Source: Perna viridis (lineage: Eukaryota). From it: 64,000 nucleotides of DNA. Below the pieces are notes generated by a model. It saw only the letters and a list, made by a program, of their open reading frames with translations. It was not told the origin of the DNA and did not search any database. Positions 35,770 through 48,292 of this stretch are shown in pieces (the first letter of the stretch is position 1; each line of letters opens with the position of its first letter). A program made the translations under genes and the position numbers. Location: the NCBI GenBank assembly GCA_037379345.1, contig CM074513.1:60181195-60245194 (forward strand), read 5' to 3'.

Positions 35770-37277
35770 CTAATCCAGCGCAGACATGCGCCTTTCCGTC
35801 CGTCTGTCAGTCCGGAAAAAAAGTTGAAGTTTTCCGCATCATTTTTTTCATAACGCTTGCATACAATGAGTTGATTTTTGGTATATGCGTCAACCTTGAT
35901 GAGTTACAGATCAAGTTTGCGTTTCGATCTGCGTCGCTGATATTTGTCCGAGTTATGGTCCTTGAACTTCGAAAAAATTACCGAAATTTAAGTTTTCCGC
36001 ACTATTTTTCTAAACGCTTGCAGATATTGAGCTGATTTTTGGTATGTGAGTCAACCTTGATGAGTTACAGGTCAAATATAAGGTTTCGTTCCGCTCCGCT
36101 AATTTTTGTCCCAGTTATGGCCCTTGAATTAACCAAAATTTAAGTTTTCCGCACTTTTTTCTGAATGCTTGTACATATTGAGCTGATTTTTGGTATGTGA
36201 GTCAACCTTGATGAGTTACAGGTCAAGGTAAGCGTTTCGTTCTGCTTCACTTATTTTTGTCCAAATTATGGTCCTTGAACTTCGAGAAATTTACCGAAAT
36301 TCAAGTTTTCCTCTTTTTTTTTCAAATGCTTGAAAATATTGAGCTGATTTTTGGTATGTAAGTCTACCCTTATGAGTTACAGATCAAGTTTTGGTTTCGT
36401 TCCGCTCCGCTGATTTTGTCCATGTTATAACCCTTGAACTTTGAAAAAAAAAAGTTTTCCGCACTTTTTTCTGCAAGCTTGCAGATATTGAGTTGATTTT
36501 TGGTATGTGAGACAATCTTGATGAGTTGCAGGTCTAAGTAAACGTTCCGTTCAGTTTCGCTGATTTTTGTCCAAGTTATGGTCCTTGAACTTTTAAAAAA
36601 TTACCGAAATTTAAGTTTTCCGCAGTTTTTCCTAAATGCTTGAAAATATTGATCTGGTTTTTGGTATGTGAGTCAACCTTGATGAGTTACAGGTCAATAT
36701 AAACGTTTCGTTCTTCTTCGCTTATTTTTGTCCAAGTTATGCCCTTGAACTTTGAAAAAAAATACCGAAATTTTATTTTTCCGCACCTTTCTTCTAAACG
36801 CTTGCAGATATTGAGTTTGGTATGCGAGTCTACCTTGATGAGTTACAGATCAAGTTTATATTTCGTAACCGCTTTGCTGATTTTTTTCCAAAGTTACCAA
36901 CTTTCAGTTTTACGCGCTATGCCAAAATTTTAGTTTTACGCGCTTTTTTTTCTTTTTTTATAGATTTAAGATATTGAGTTATTTTTTTTTTTGTTTTTTT
37001 GTTTTTTTTGTTTTTTTTTTTACAAATCAGTCTCAACCGTTATTTGAAACCTAATCTGTCCAATTATTCGTGCATAAAACTTTGCAAATCTGCATCTATT
37101 CAATGGATTTGAACATATTTCTTGTCTTTGTCCAATCCCTTCTTCTGTTCAAAATCAAGGTCATTTCCTCGGTTTGTCATTTATACTTGATGATCCAAGG
37201 TCAGTATTTGGGTCAGTGATATTAACAGCCGGTAGGGGACTATGTATTGCTTTGCAATACTCTCAGAATGCTTGTTA
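35770..37277 (+). mobile_element. Helentron-associated non-autonomous element (HINE-like) with an internal ~156-bp tandem array
   Basis: CCGTCCGTCTGTC near the 5' end; about 7 units (GATGAGTTACAG-like at 35898, 36059, 36210, 36371, 36520, 36681, 36837); 3' hairpin GTATTGC-TTT-GCAATAC. Confidence 0.7.
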
Positions 37278-37959
37278 TATTTATCTTTGATATTTTCAAA
37301 ATTTAAGCCAGTAGAATCCAGAACTAGGACAAATTAGAATTCTTACTTGCTCTGGTTAAAATCCAGGGCAAATTGGAATTCCAATTTGTCATAGAAGAAA
37401 AATTAGAACTCCAATTTGCCCTATGAAGATTCCGGATCCTACTGTATTCCAATTTGCCCTGTAACATATACACAAAATGCGTCTACAACTACTACTTTGA
37501 GGCGCAACAACTCAAACCGGCTTAACACTTGTGAAAACTATCAGTACGCATGTACAACTTCCTAATTCAATAGAAGACTGGTCTCCAAATACGGAGCGAC
37601 GGATGATTAGTTTTCTTATGTTGTTAATATTTAATTTGGCAATTTCTCTAACATGATCATTCAATCCTCTCAAAAAATATATAGGAAACCTTTCAAGCCA
37701 ATAAAACAATAATTTAAATGTGATGACAAAAATCCAAGATGGATAAGGAGTCATGGCCATCACCAATGTATATCGCATAAGATGCACGATGTCTCAATAG
37801 ATGGTCATCTTCCTTTCACACAAAAAACATCTAGGACTTCATCATTAAACCAGTTTGTGTTAAAGGTCAAGTTGAAGAAAAACGATAATTTCTTCTACTA
37901 AACCGTTTGTCAACAAAAGTATAGATGCAACTAATTTCGGCTAGTTAACATAATGTCAT

Positions 37960-38632
37960 CACGAACAAAATTCCGCCTCTATTGCGCTCCTGTATTCTCT
38001 GACCAATTCCCCAACTCTTATGAGGCTGACTTTATAGCTGATCAGATCCAAAGGAAGGGAGACCCTTTAGCTCAGTTTCCGTTTTATAGATGACGTATTA
38101 TCGTTAAACAGTCCTAGTTTCGGGGATTTTATACATCGCATCTAGCCCAAAAAACTTGAGATATATAATACTACAGACAAAGTGAAGTCAGCCTCATATC
38201 TTGACCTAACTTAGAGATTGAAGGAAAAGGAAAAGAACTGACCAAACTATACGACATTCGTGATGACCTTTCATTCTATATTGTCAACTTTTCCTTCATC
38301 TGTGGGAAGTTCCCTTCAGTACCTGCGTATGAAGTTATCGTATCACATCTCATACGTTGAGCTTGCCGTAACTACTTTTTGTACCGTAAAAAACTTTTTA
38401 AAATTAGGCTTCTGGAACAGGTGTATGTAGCTACAAGATTGAAGACATCACTACAGACGTTTTATGGTCGTCATCATGAACTCCAGGATCGTTCCGGTTT
38501 GCCAATCTTCATCACAGAACCGATTTATGTTGCGTTTGTTTTTCCTGTCTGGTCTTCATTCTTGGTATCCATTCTTTTTCCCGCTCGGTTACTCTTCCAC
38601 TCAGTGTTTGCCTGATCTCATAATGAGCAATG
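37960..38632 (+). mobile_element. Degraded Penelope-like RT fragment
   Basis: YEADFIAD..FRFIDDVLSLN..ASYLDL..FYGRHHEL. Confidence 0.8.
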
Positions 38633-39871
38633 GATTTTTTTTTATCAAAATCCTTAGTACATGTACATCTCTTTATAGTCAAGTTTCTTAAAAAGTTCAT
38701 AATGATATATAGGATGCTTGAAAAATATTTCGGGCCGCGCATCAATATTGTGCGACACCTCCTTCAAGTTGATGCAATTAGAACGCGGTTTCTCAAAAAC
38801 GTGAGCCGCGAACAATGACTTCTAGACCCGGCATAATAATTAGATACACTCACCTATTTCCGATATCCATATCTTATTGAAAAATATTCTGTTTCTGACA
38901 AACGGATTAGAGATGATGTATTTTCTTAATGTCTACCATTGATTAACTTTCTGAAATTTTTAATAATCGTATTATTATTTCATCTTGAATTTTACGTACA
39001 AATGTATCTTCCCCAGGAAGTTCAAGACTTATATTGAAGCTCGTGGCTTGGATTTACTTTTTTTTTATTGTATTTACCGATTTTGACCGGTGGTAACTTT
39101 ATGCTGCCCAATTGTGTTAAAATATAACGGAAATAATTATTCGCAATAGAAACGGAAGGTTTATATACAGTATATATAGCGCTAAAATAACCTGGTTTAA
39201 TCCACCTTTCACTTTTGAAATGCCTGTACCAAGTCAAGTTCATTATGGTGGTGTATCATTCTGTTTTTTTTCCTGTTTTACGGACTTTTTATCAGTACGG
39301 TATTTTGTCATTACCTTGCACTTGACTTCTTTCGTGGGTAACTTTTGTCCGGTTGAGAAATATTTTGGCCCGGACCTCAAAATTAGTAATAAGTCCATAT
39401 TTATTCTTCGCACCTGCAGTTATTAAGATATTAACATCCTTTATTGTTGACCAAACATCTATATATTAATGTACTTAAATATACATATCATGAATCTACA
39501 AATAGAGATTTATTATATATCCTCAATTACTAGATCTTTAAACCTCTAATAAAACAATCCAGACACGTTTTATGGAAAATATCATCTGTTTGTAATCGTT
39601 TTATGAGAGAATGTTTCTAACTTTTGTTTACTATATAATAAACTGTTAACATTCTGTTGGATATATCACTGTTGATCTATAGATAAAGTTAAATCGGATG
39701 CTATTACTTTAATAACAATCCTGTTACAGTAACAATCTCATCCGTGTTTAAATGCATGTAAACAACTTCGCGGTATTTTTTGTTGAAAATTAAAATTCGC
39801 GTGGAGTAAAATACAAATATCGAGTGAAAGCAGAGTGTTTATATTGAAATAGAATCCACTAAATCATCACA

Positions 39872-40282
39872 ATGAGAGGTTTTCTTCTTCAGAGGAGACA
39901 TTCTTGGCATGCTTTTTCAAAGGCAGGAACGAGTGATTCCAAACTAACGAAACGTCGACGGTTTTCGTTGGCGGCGAATATCAGTTCCGATTGTTCCCAA
40001 TCGTATCTCTCTAAAAATGGTCGTCGGTTTTCTTTACCGTTTGTGCCCACTTTACACAGACAGTCCGTCCATGTAGGGGAAGTTATTTTTGAGGAAGATA
40101 GGAGTAGCCTTTTAGATGAGGAAGAGGAAACCGAAGCGAAGAGGAGAACTATGAAATTTGACACTTCGATAACTGGTGACCATTTAACTAAACTAATAAT
40201 TTTAACATTGTTTGTTTGTGTTGTGAGTGTTTCAGCTGTATTTTATTCGCTCTATAATGTGATTCAAAAACCAATCTGGTAA
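39872..40282 (+). CDS. Putative tail-anchored membrane protein (136 aa) with multiple PKA consensus sites; paralog of 47867-48292
   Basis: Intact ORF; N-terminus MRGFLLQRRHS; RRHS, RRFS twice, KRRT; single C-terminal TM (LIILTLFVCVVSVSAVFYSLY). Confidence 0.75.
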   Translation: MRGFLLQRRHSWHAFSKAGTSDSKLTKRRRFSLAANISSDCSQSYLSKNGRRFSLPFVPTLHRQSVHVGEVIFEEDRSSLLDEEEETEAKRRTMKFDTSITGDHLTKLIILTLFVCVVSVSAVFYSLYNVIQKPIW

Positions 40283-40859
40283 CCACTGAATTATCAACTG
40301 TATTTTTCTTCAACTTATTTTATTTTAAATTAATTGTTTTGGTTTAAATTGTCATATGAGAATCCCGTCGGAGCTTCTACCGATGTTTATAGATCACGTG
40401 GTGTACCTATTGGATTGTTTCGATATAAATATAAAGAATGTCACCGACATTTAGGCACATAATTTATATTGCCGCCGAAACAAAACGAAAGGTTGTTTAT
40501 ATCGACAGTAATATGATTGTGGTTTACTATTGTCCGTCAGTGCGTCCACACATTGTACATTTTAAAATTTACGAATTTTTTTTACGGATTTTAGTTGGTA
40601 CTATTTTTGTCATCATGAGAGATGAAAATGTTGTTTCTTCGTGTTATTTATTTTTGAGTTATGAACTTTAAATCCTGAAAGAAGGAAACAGAAATGTCAT
40701 GTGCTTTAGCGTAGCTGAGAGTAAATTATTTGTAAATTCTACTCGAGAGTCATGGTCGTTTTCTTAAAACCTCGTTGACATAACAACTTAATTATACATT
40801 AATCTTTTGTTAAATACTGGCAAGAGCCTCAAAACAGAAGAAAAATTTAGAGACATCAG

Positions 40860-41640
40860 AATTAAAAGCAAAACGACAAAAAGACAGCACGCAAAAGCTA
40901 AATTCCTGGCATAATGAACCTTTAAAAAACGGAAGTGACATCAGGTGCCCCGAATGGGTATACATGTCCTCCTCGGCTAACGGCACCCCTCACATTGCAA
41001 GTGAGTTATATCCGATGAGCGTCAAGTTCGGTGGGTAGTCAATCCGGTAAGACGTGAAAACGAACCAAATTATAATGGCAACAATAAAACTTATGTAGTA
41101 ATGATGATAGTCGCAAGATTGAACATAACCCTTTCTTAGAGGCTTATTCAACAGTATATTTGTTATTCAAGGAAACACGACAGTAACACTTCAACTGTGA
41201 AATGCATACTCCATTGGCTGGAGATGTTTGGTATATTGCCAGTAAGGAAGGGCAAATGAACAACTGGAATGTCAAAACATCGCTTTTGTCATAATTTTGA
41301 TTTCTAACTATCGATGTCGTCAATGTGCATGTATATGCTAAGATCTAGGTGTGAAGCAGTTGAAAGTGTTAGTTGTCTCATAATTTCGAGTTTATTCGAG
41401 TATATCAAATGTAAGTAATCCTTGAAGTTTACTCAGAGATAATACATCATCAATGTAATGGAAACGAATATTAAATGATTAGGCAATTCGTATCACTTCT
41501 TTTCTGTAGTATCATAAAACTCAGTTTCATACGAATTTGGTGCACAGTTTTTTCCCAGAGGTTTTCCAATGGTCAATTGGAACACATTTCCTCTCAACTT
41601 GACTAAGTATTGTTGATCAGAACATTTTAGCAACTACAGA
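40860..41640 (-). mobile_element. Older, highly degraded Penelope-like fragment
   Basis: Diverged matches to the RT motifs (FRFHYIDDVLSL, YLDL, NIPN) and to the 3' UTR. Confidence 0.55.
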
Positions 41641-41985
41641 CCTTGATTGCTTCTAGTGAGAATCATTGCAGTTTTTTTTTCACACTATGAGCCTTTAATT
41701 TCCTCTACCTAATACTTGATATCTTCTAGTTCCCTTTTTTTTAAGAAACATTGGTAAATAAGTACTTTTAGCCGTCTTGTGGAAGTGTAGTCTACAATTT
41801 TGAAATATAAGTTTCTGTACTATTACAAATGGTAATTCTATCACACGAGAGATGCTCCTTAATGTGCTAAAGTATTTTGAAATTTTGAGAACCCATACAT
41901 AATTCACGCCACTTGTAGAGTTGGCTTTTCGACGGTATCTCTTACAATTCACCCTTCCCTGTTATGGCGTATGAGTAAATTAGTT

Positions 41986-42590
41986 AGAAAGAGTAATCAA
42001 CGGAACCAAAATTCTAGCGGAAATCAAAATAATTTAATCCAGGGACAAAGACCAGACATGGAAAACAGACAAACAAAACAAAGAATATAAAATAACTAAA
42101 AAAATACATACAAAGTAACAAAAGGAAATGAACAACTCGGACTCCACGAAAAACTGGGAGTATGGACGAGTTGCACCGGTAGGGTAAGCGTCCTCTGCTT
42201 TTCTAGAAACACCCGCTGTTGAGTAAATCAGTTTTCATGGCGCAGATGGATACATCGTAACGATCCACGAGTTCTTGATGACGACCATAAAACTTTTGTA
42301 GTGATGACTTCAATCTTGTAGTGACATTACCCTGTTCCAGAAGCCAAATTGTAAGAAGTCTAGCGCGATACAAAAAGTCTGCGTAGTTACGACAAGCTCT
42401 GGCATAACGAGTTGTGATATGAAAACTCCATACGCAGGTGCTGAAGGGATGTTGCCATAGATGAAAGGAAAGTTGACAATTCTGAATGAAAAGTGATCAC
42501 GTTTGTCGTAAAGTTTGGTCAATAGTTTTCCTTTACCATCGATCTCTAAGTGTAGGTCAAGATATGAGGCTGACTTCACAGTGTCTGTAG
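41986..42590 (-). mobile_element. Penelope-like (Naiad-type) 3' fragment
   Basis: TDTVKSASYLDLHLEIDGKGKLLTKLYDKRD..NIPSAPAYGVFISQL plus the 3' UTR. Confidence 0.88.
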
Positions 42591-44449
42591 AAGCTTTGAA
42601 AAGGGGTTTAGTTGTGCCCAGCAATATATCCTGTTTGTAACGACACTTTTGAAGTTCTGGTAATCCAACAAATGGAAACGACAGCCATGTCAAAAGAAAT
42701 TCAAAAGAACGTAATTGTTAAATATGTCCTCCATATTGCTAAACGAATATTTTGGGTTGTCAAGACCCATTTCCTTAATAAAGCTGTCAATTTATTTTCG
42801 TTTGCACACAAATACTATGTTGTTAAGAGCTTTGTCTGCCGGTGCGACGACGAATTTGTCATGGCGATTTGACATCTATTAAACCTTAGGACGGGTTTTA
42901 TACCATATACATGGTTTTCCAAGGCGTCATTTTCAATTTTATAGGCGTTATTCAATTAGAAAGTAGAAAAAGACATGGTGTAACACAATAAATGCACCGC
43001 TGTATAACCTTTATAAAAATAGTAAATACTACCAGATCACCAAAAAGTCTTTAATAATTATAAACAGTGTCGTGACTTCTTCTCATTCTCTTTTAGCCCA
43101 TTTTAGGAATATTCCACAACTGTGTCCATTACAATTTTGCTGTTTTGTTTCCGGATGATACATTTATGTGGGGGAGTGGTTATTTTAGACCCTTTGCAAG
43201 TTTATCTTGCAATGAATAATTATCAACAGTACTTAGATCACCAGTGAAGACATGTCCAGCAGGACTATAATTGAATGGCGAAGAGGAACAGACACATTAA
43301 GGTGGTCTGGGCTTAACGTCATTGTTAGAGTTCGTGCAATACCTTTTTATTATTGAAAACTGTGGCTGTAATTGGTTTGATTTTAAAACTGAGTGCAATT
43401 AATAGGACCACGATCAGACATACACAAGAAGTTTTTAATAAACATACAAAACCCAAAAACGAAAAAGCAAACCATATCTATAAAACCAAAATAAAAAATA
43501 CGCCTCAAAATCAAGCATTTGGTAATGCCCAATTATTTCCGGTATTTCGCTGCCTGTAATCAGTATAACATATTGATTCAACTTGTATCCAATTAAAAAG
43601 AAGACATATGTTCCTTTAAGGTCAAGCATCACCCTCACCCACGGACCAGTGTACCCCGGACACATTTCACCATCCAGTCTCAATTTCATCTAAGCAGTCA
43701 CATTACCATTGAAGGGTAATAACAAATTACCGAATTGATAGGCAAATTCTGGGCAATAGTCAAAAGAATGAAGGTCCATAGAATGGCATTATGAAGGCAA
43801 AAAAAAAAAACCACCCGTAATGGTTCTGACTTGGTTAGGTATTTCCGGTTGAAATGGTACTTAAACCAGATTTAATAGCACGCAAAAACTAAGAATTTTT
43901 AACTTTTTTAAAGAATGTTTATATGTGAATGAAAAAAAACAAAAGAGGCCGGAAAAAGGAAACACAAAACGATGAAACGGAAACAAAATTTCTAGTAATG
44001 ATATTTTTTGTTTATAAAATTAGTTATCATTGCTATTGACACTTCCGTAAGTCGAGGATACTTCCTTTTTTTATGTGTTTGTCATAACGTCGAGGATAAA
44101 ACCAAGCTCCGAAATAGCGTCTGACGTTCAAAACACTCTAGACGTTGCAGCAAGCCCTCTCAGAAAATGCAAGAATATTGCAAAGTCAGGATAAAGTGAA
44201 CGATTTTAGGCGGCGTTATTCGATTGTCAAACGACGTTAATAATGTCTGAGAATTCCAAAAGGAAACTGACGACTGCCGCTGCCTGGAGCTTGGGATATT
44301 TCCTATTTTGTTGTGCATGCCGCGCGGACGTCACGGATATTCCATATTTTGATGTCTATGTTGTTATCATCATATTAGTTGCATATGAATCAGGCATTGC
44401 TTTTTGAGTGTTTAACATTTTATGAATATGTTTTATATATCACTGAGAT

Positions 44450-45150
44450 TGAATCAATCTCTGTGGCCCTCTGTAGTTTTGCATCCATTTCTGAGGCCCG
44501 CTGTTGTAATGAATCCATCTCTGTAGTCCCGCCGTGGTAATGAAACCATCTCTGTGGCCCCGCTGTGGTAGTGAAGCCATCTCTGAGGCCCCACTGTGAT
44601 AATGAATCGATCTCAGACTGTGACCCGCTGTAGTAATGAATCCATCTCTGTGGCCCCGCTGTAGTAATGAATCCATCTCTGTGGTCCCGCTGTAGTAATG
44701 AATCCATCTCTGTGGCCCCACTCTAGTGATGAATCCATCTCTGTAGCCTCGCTGTGGTTATGAATTTATCTCTGTGGTCTCGTCGTGGTAATGAATCCAT
44801 TTCAGTAATGAAGCCATCTCTGTGGCCCCGCTGTGATAATGAATCGATCTCAGACTGTGACCCGCTGTAGTAATGAATCCATCTCTGTGGCCCCGCTGTA
44901 GTAATGAATCCATCTCTGTGGCCCACTCTAGTGATGAATCCATCTCTGTAGCCTCGCTGTGGTTATGAATTTATCTCTGTGGTCTCGTCGTGGTAATGAA
45001 TCCATTTCAGTAATGAAGCCATCTCTGTGGCTTCGTTGTGGTACTGTATACATCACTGTGGTCCCGATGTGGCCTTGCTCTGGTAATGAATCCTTCTTTT
45101 TTGTCCCGCTGTGGTAATGAATCCACCTCTGTGGTCCTGCTGCTGTAATT
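44450..45150. repeat. 31-bp minisatellite (ATGAATCCATCTCTGTGGCCCCGCTGTAGTA)n
   Basis: About 22 units, with an internal higher-order duplication. Confidence 0.92.
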
Positions 45151-45509
45151 TCTACTGTAGATTAATTAGTTAAGCACAAAACGATTGATTTGGCCCCGTT
45201 TAGTATTGTGAAACTGGTTACTTCATTACCGTAAAGAATTTCTTTTAGATTTGGATAAATCTATTTCTGTTATCATAAATGCCTTTTTTTTCATTTTCAT
45301 CTGACATGAAATCAACAGGGATTTGGTTGGTGTTTCTATAAGACGCAGAGGGTGCTTTCCTATCGATTGGTCCATGCTCCTGTTTAAGAGTAAGATGTTA
45401 GCTCAGATTTGGCTGGCTTTTTATAATAAAAAAAAAGGCACCATGAAGATTATTTGTTCTAAAAGACAAAAGAGAGACCCACTCTTGACAATAGAAAGCC
45501 ACATAAGTT

Positions 45510-46900
45510 GGCTGGAGAAAGCCTAGTCACAATCACATGGTTATACAGACTCCATTCAACTATATATCGGATACTTCGTCCTATAACTCTCATAGACTGT
45601 CATGCCCGAACGTTTGATAGAACTGATAATGCGTGTAAAAAACTGAAACGTAACTTGCACTCACTACACACCGTAGGTGTAAACTCGAATGGCATGTGAC
45701 AGGTGGCAAATACCGTTGTATGGAAACGTGTAATTTTACCTACAGCTCTTTTCGGATGTGAACATTGGGGTCATTTGAACAAAACTGAAACATCTATGTT
45801 GGAACAGACTCAAAGATACTTTACTCGTTTTATATTGTGTTTTGACAAACGTTCACCAAGTGCTTCTTCAGTAAATAACTTAGGACTGTGGTCTATAGAG
45901 GGGTTGATAGACAAATTTAAAACGTTATTCTTTGGTCGGTTGTGTAGAGCGTCGGTAACGACAACTCATAAACAGTTATTTAACCTTAGGCTTGCAGATG
46001 TAATTTCTGGCAAACCTGACAAATCATCTTTGACTTACGATCTCATTCGAACTTGATTGAAATATGATATGTCAGCATTCCTTGAGCACTTCATTGAAGA
46101 AACTTTCATTCCGGACAAGAGACTTGGGTCAAAAGTCGTAAGTCAAATAATAACTATTTATGAAGAAAACAAGTGGAAATTATTGGTACAACAACGACCT
46201 GACCTTTTGGCGATATTTCAAAATCCACCATTCTTTAAGAGAACACAGATTGATTAGACTTTGTCGCAAGCACCATTGCAAACGCAATGAACTTATGGTA
46301 TTAACTTATCTAGGGTCGCTACCTATTATAAGTGGACAATGCTGTTTGTGACCGATTTACTGACGACATAGTCAAATATCCCATACTTCATTGTGAATCG
46401 CTTATGAATGATAGAAACTCAATGTTTTACGGCATTGTAGACTTACTCCAGTACACGATTCAGTTAAATTATTTAACCAAAAGGATGATAACATTCTTAT
46501 AACATTCCATGGTGGCATTTCCGAATTTGCTAATGAACTAGACTCTGACATATGGTACCAGCTAATGCTATGCATCGCAGGTCACATAAATAAATTGTAC
46601 ACTAACTTCAGGAAAGTTATTTTTGAGTTATGATTCAATACTAGTATTTAACATTCAATTACATTTGTACATGTAAGTGTATCATACTCAATATATGCTA
46701 CCTAAAATTGTGTATTATCTACTCTTTTTTAATGCAGTATTGTTTACATGGTATAAAAGGTATTGCATCAGTTTGTGTATATATGTGTGTGTAGTTTTCT
46801 ATTTTGTCAAGTGATTTTTGTATTATATTTGTGATTTTTTTTTCTTGTTTTATGAATCGTCATCTTTTGGTGGAAATAAAGAAAATCAATCAATCAATCA
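45510..46900 (+). mobile_element. 3' fragment of a decayed LINE
   Basis: VILPTALFGCEHW..QRYFTRFI..FFGRLC; ends in AATAAA and (AATC)n at 46875-46900. Confidence 0.7.
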
Positions 46901-47866
46901 TAGTTCGGACGAGCCATTTACAGACATATAGTTCGGACGAACCAAGACATTAAAATGAAACAAATTGATTTAGAAATATATTAAAATGCAAATCAAAAGT
47001 ATCGGAAATAAAAAAAAAAACACAATTGTGAAATGAACGGCCACTCATATTTGAATGTGTTGATAAAGGTGTGACGTAGCAGGAACGAATATACTTGGTA
47101 ACCGTAACATAACGACACATTGGTTATCAACAAAACGACTATAAATCAATTCAAAATTACAATTGCTATCTCGACTATTAGTGTCAGTCTCTCTGTGGAA
47201 TGTCAATACATTTAAAACGAAATCAGTCTGTTCATCACTAAATATCTCTACTAAATAGAAGAAGTAGGAACACTGAGATGTGAACTTTTTTTGAGATATC
47301 GATATACACGGAGTGACCAATAGCATGTTTGTTGGTATTTAAAAAAAGCTGAATCAAATAACGCTGCACACCAATTAGTCAGTTCATTCGAATTTAACAG
47401 TTTTAATAATCATTTAATTGTTGACTCTTTCACAGGCGACAGTATTGTTTAAGAGAGAACAATGAAGCGGAACGACCTTTAATGAACAATTAGTGTTCGG
47501 TTGTCACTCAGTGGTGGAGACATGTACTTATGTTCTAAGATTTAATTGTCCCTGATCGACATTCTGCAAAGTTTTATTGCCATACAAGGAAATAAAACAG
47601 CGTAAATATAGACTCCAATCTGCATTTCAAACTGCTAGTACTAAAACAAAAGGATGTTCTATAGAATCTGTGAAGCTGTAGAAATCACTAATTCTCCAGT
47701 GATTACTGAGATTACATCAACTCAGGAAATTTCTTCTGCATAGTCTTGACAAATGGCATTTCATTATGGAGCTCATGTTTACATTATTTCCTGCCTGGAA
47801 TTAGATTGTTGACTTTAAACAGAATTTTCTTTACAGAGATATTCTTCAGTGACTTCTGTGTGAACG

Positions 47867-48292
47867 ATGAGGAATTACATTCTACAGAGAAGACGGTCGA
47901 GTGTTGCTCTCAGTGATATCACTGAAGAAAACTTTGATGGAAGCCGCCGACGTTCTAGTATAGTTGCAAACGACGTTGCTGCATTTAGAAACGACATGGA
48001 GCGACGTCGTCGATCGTCGGTTTATCTAGGACCAAGTGGAAGTAAAGTTCACCCCGCTGCTGCCAGAAGACCATCTATTTGTAAAGAACCTGAATTTATG
48101 GAGTATCGTGAAATGGTCGAAAGCCACAATCTTCCGAATGGAGACATGGGAAAGTTCCGAAGAATGTCTATAGAGATTGAAAACATGGTTGCAGATGACA
48201 GCTTGAAAAACTTTCTGGTAACAGCTATTTTCATTACGATGTTTTTGGTCAGTGTTATTGCATTTTCTATTTACCAAAGACTTGGAACATGA
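47867..48292 (+). CDS. Putative tail-anchored membrane protein (141 aa) with five RRxS clusters and a phospholamban/sarcolamban-like C-terminus
   Basis: Intact ORF; splice acceptor TTTTCTTTACAG at 47825-47836; MRNYILQRRRSS; C-terminus RRMSIEIENMVADDSLKNFLVTAIFITMFLVSVIAFSIYQRLGT. Confidence 0.8.
   Translation: MRNYILQRRRSSVALSDITEENFDGSRRRSSIVANDVAAFRNDMERRRRSSVYLGPSGSKVHPAAARRPSICKEPEFMEYREMVESHNLPNGDMGKFRRMSIEIENMVADDSLKNFLVTAIFITMFLVSVIAFSIYQRLGT

Noticed and set aside
44420-44943. Repetitive ORFs in the 31-bp array
   Set aside because: Unit length is not a multiple of three; these are minisatellite artefacts.
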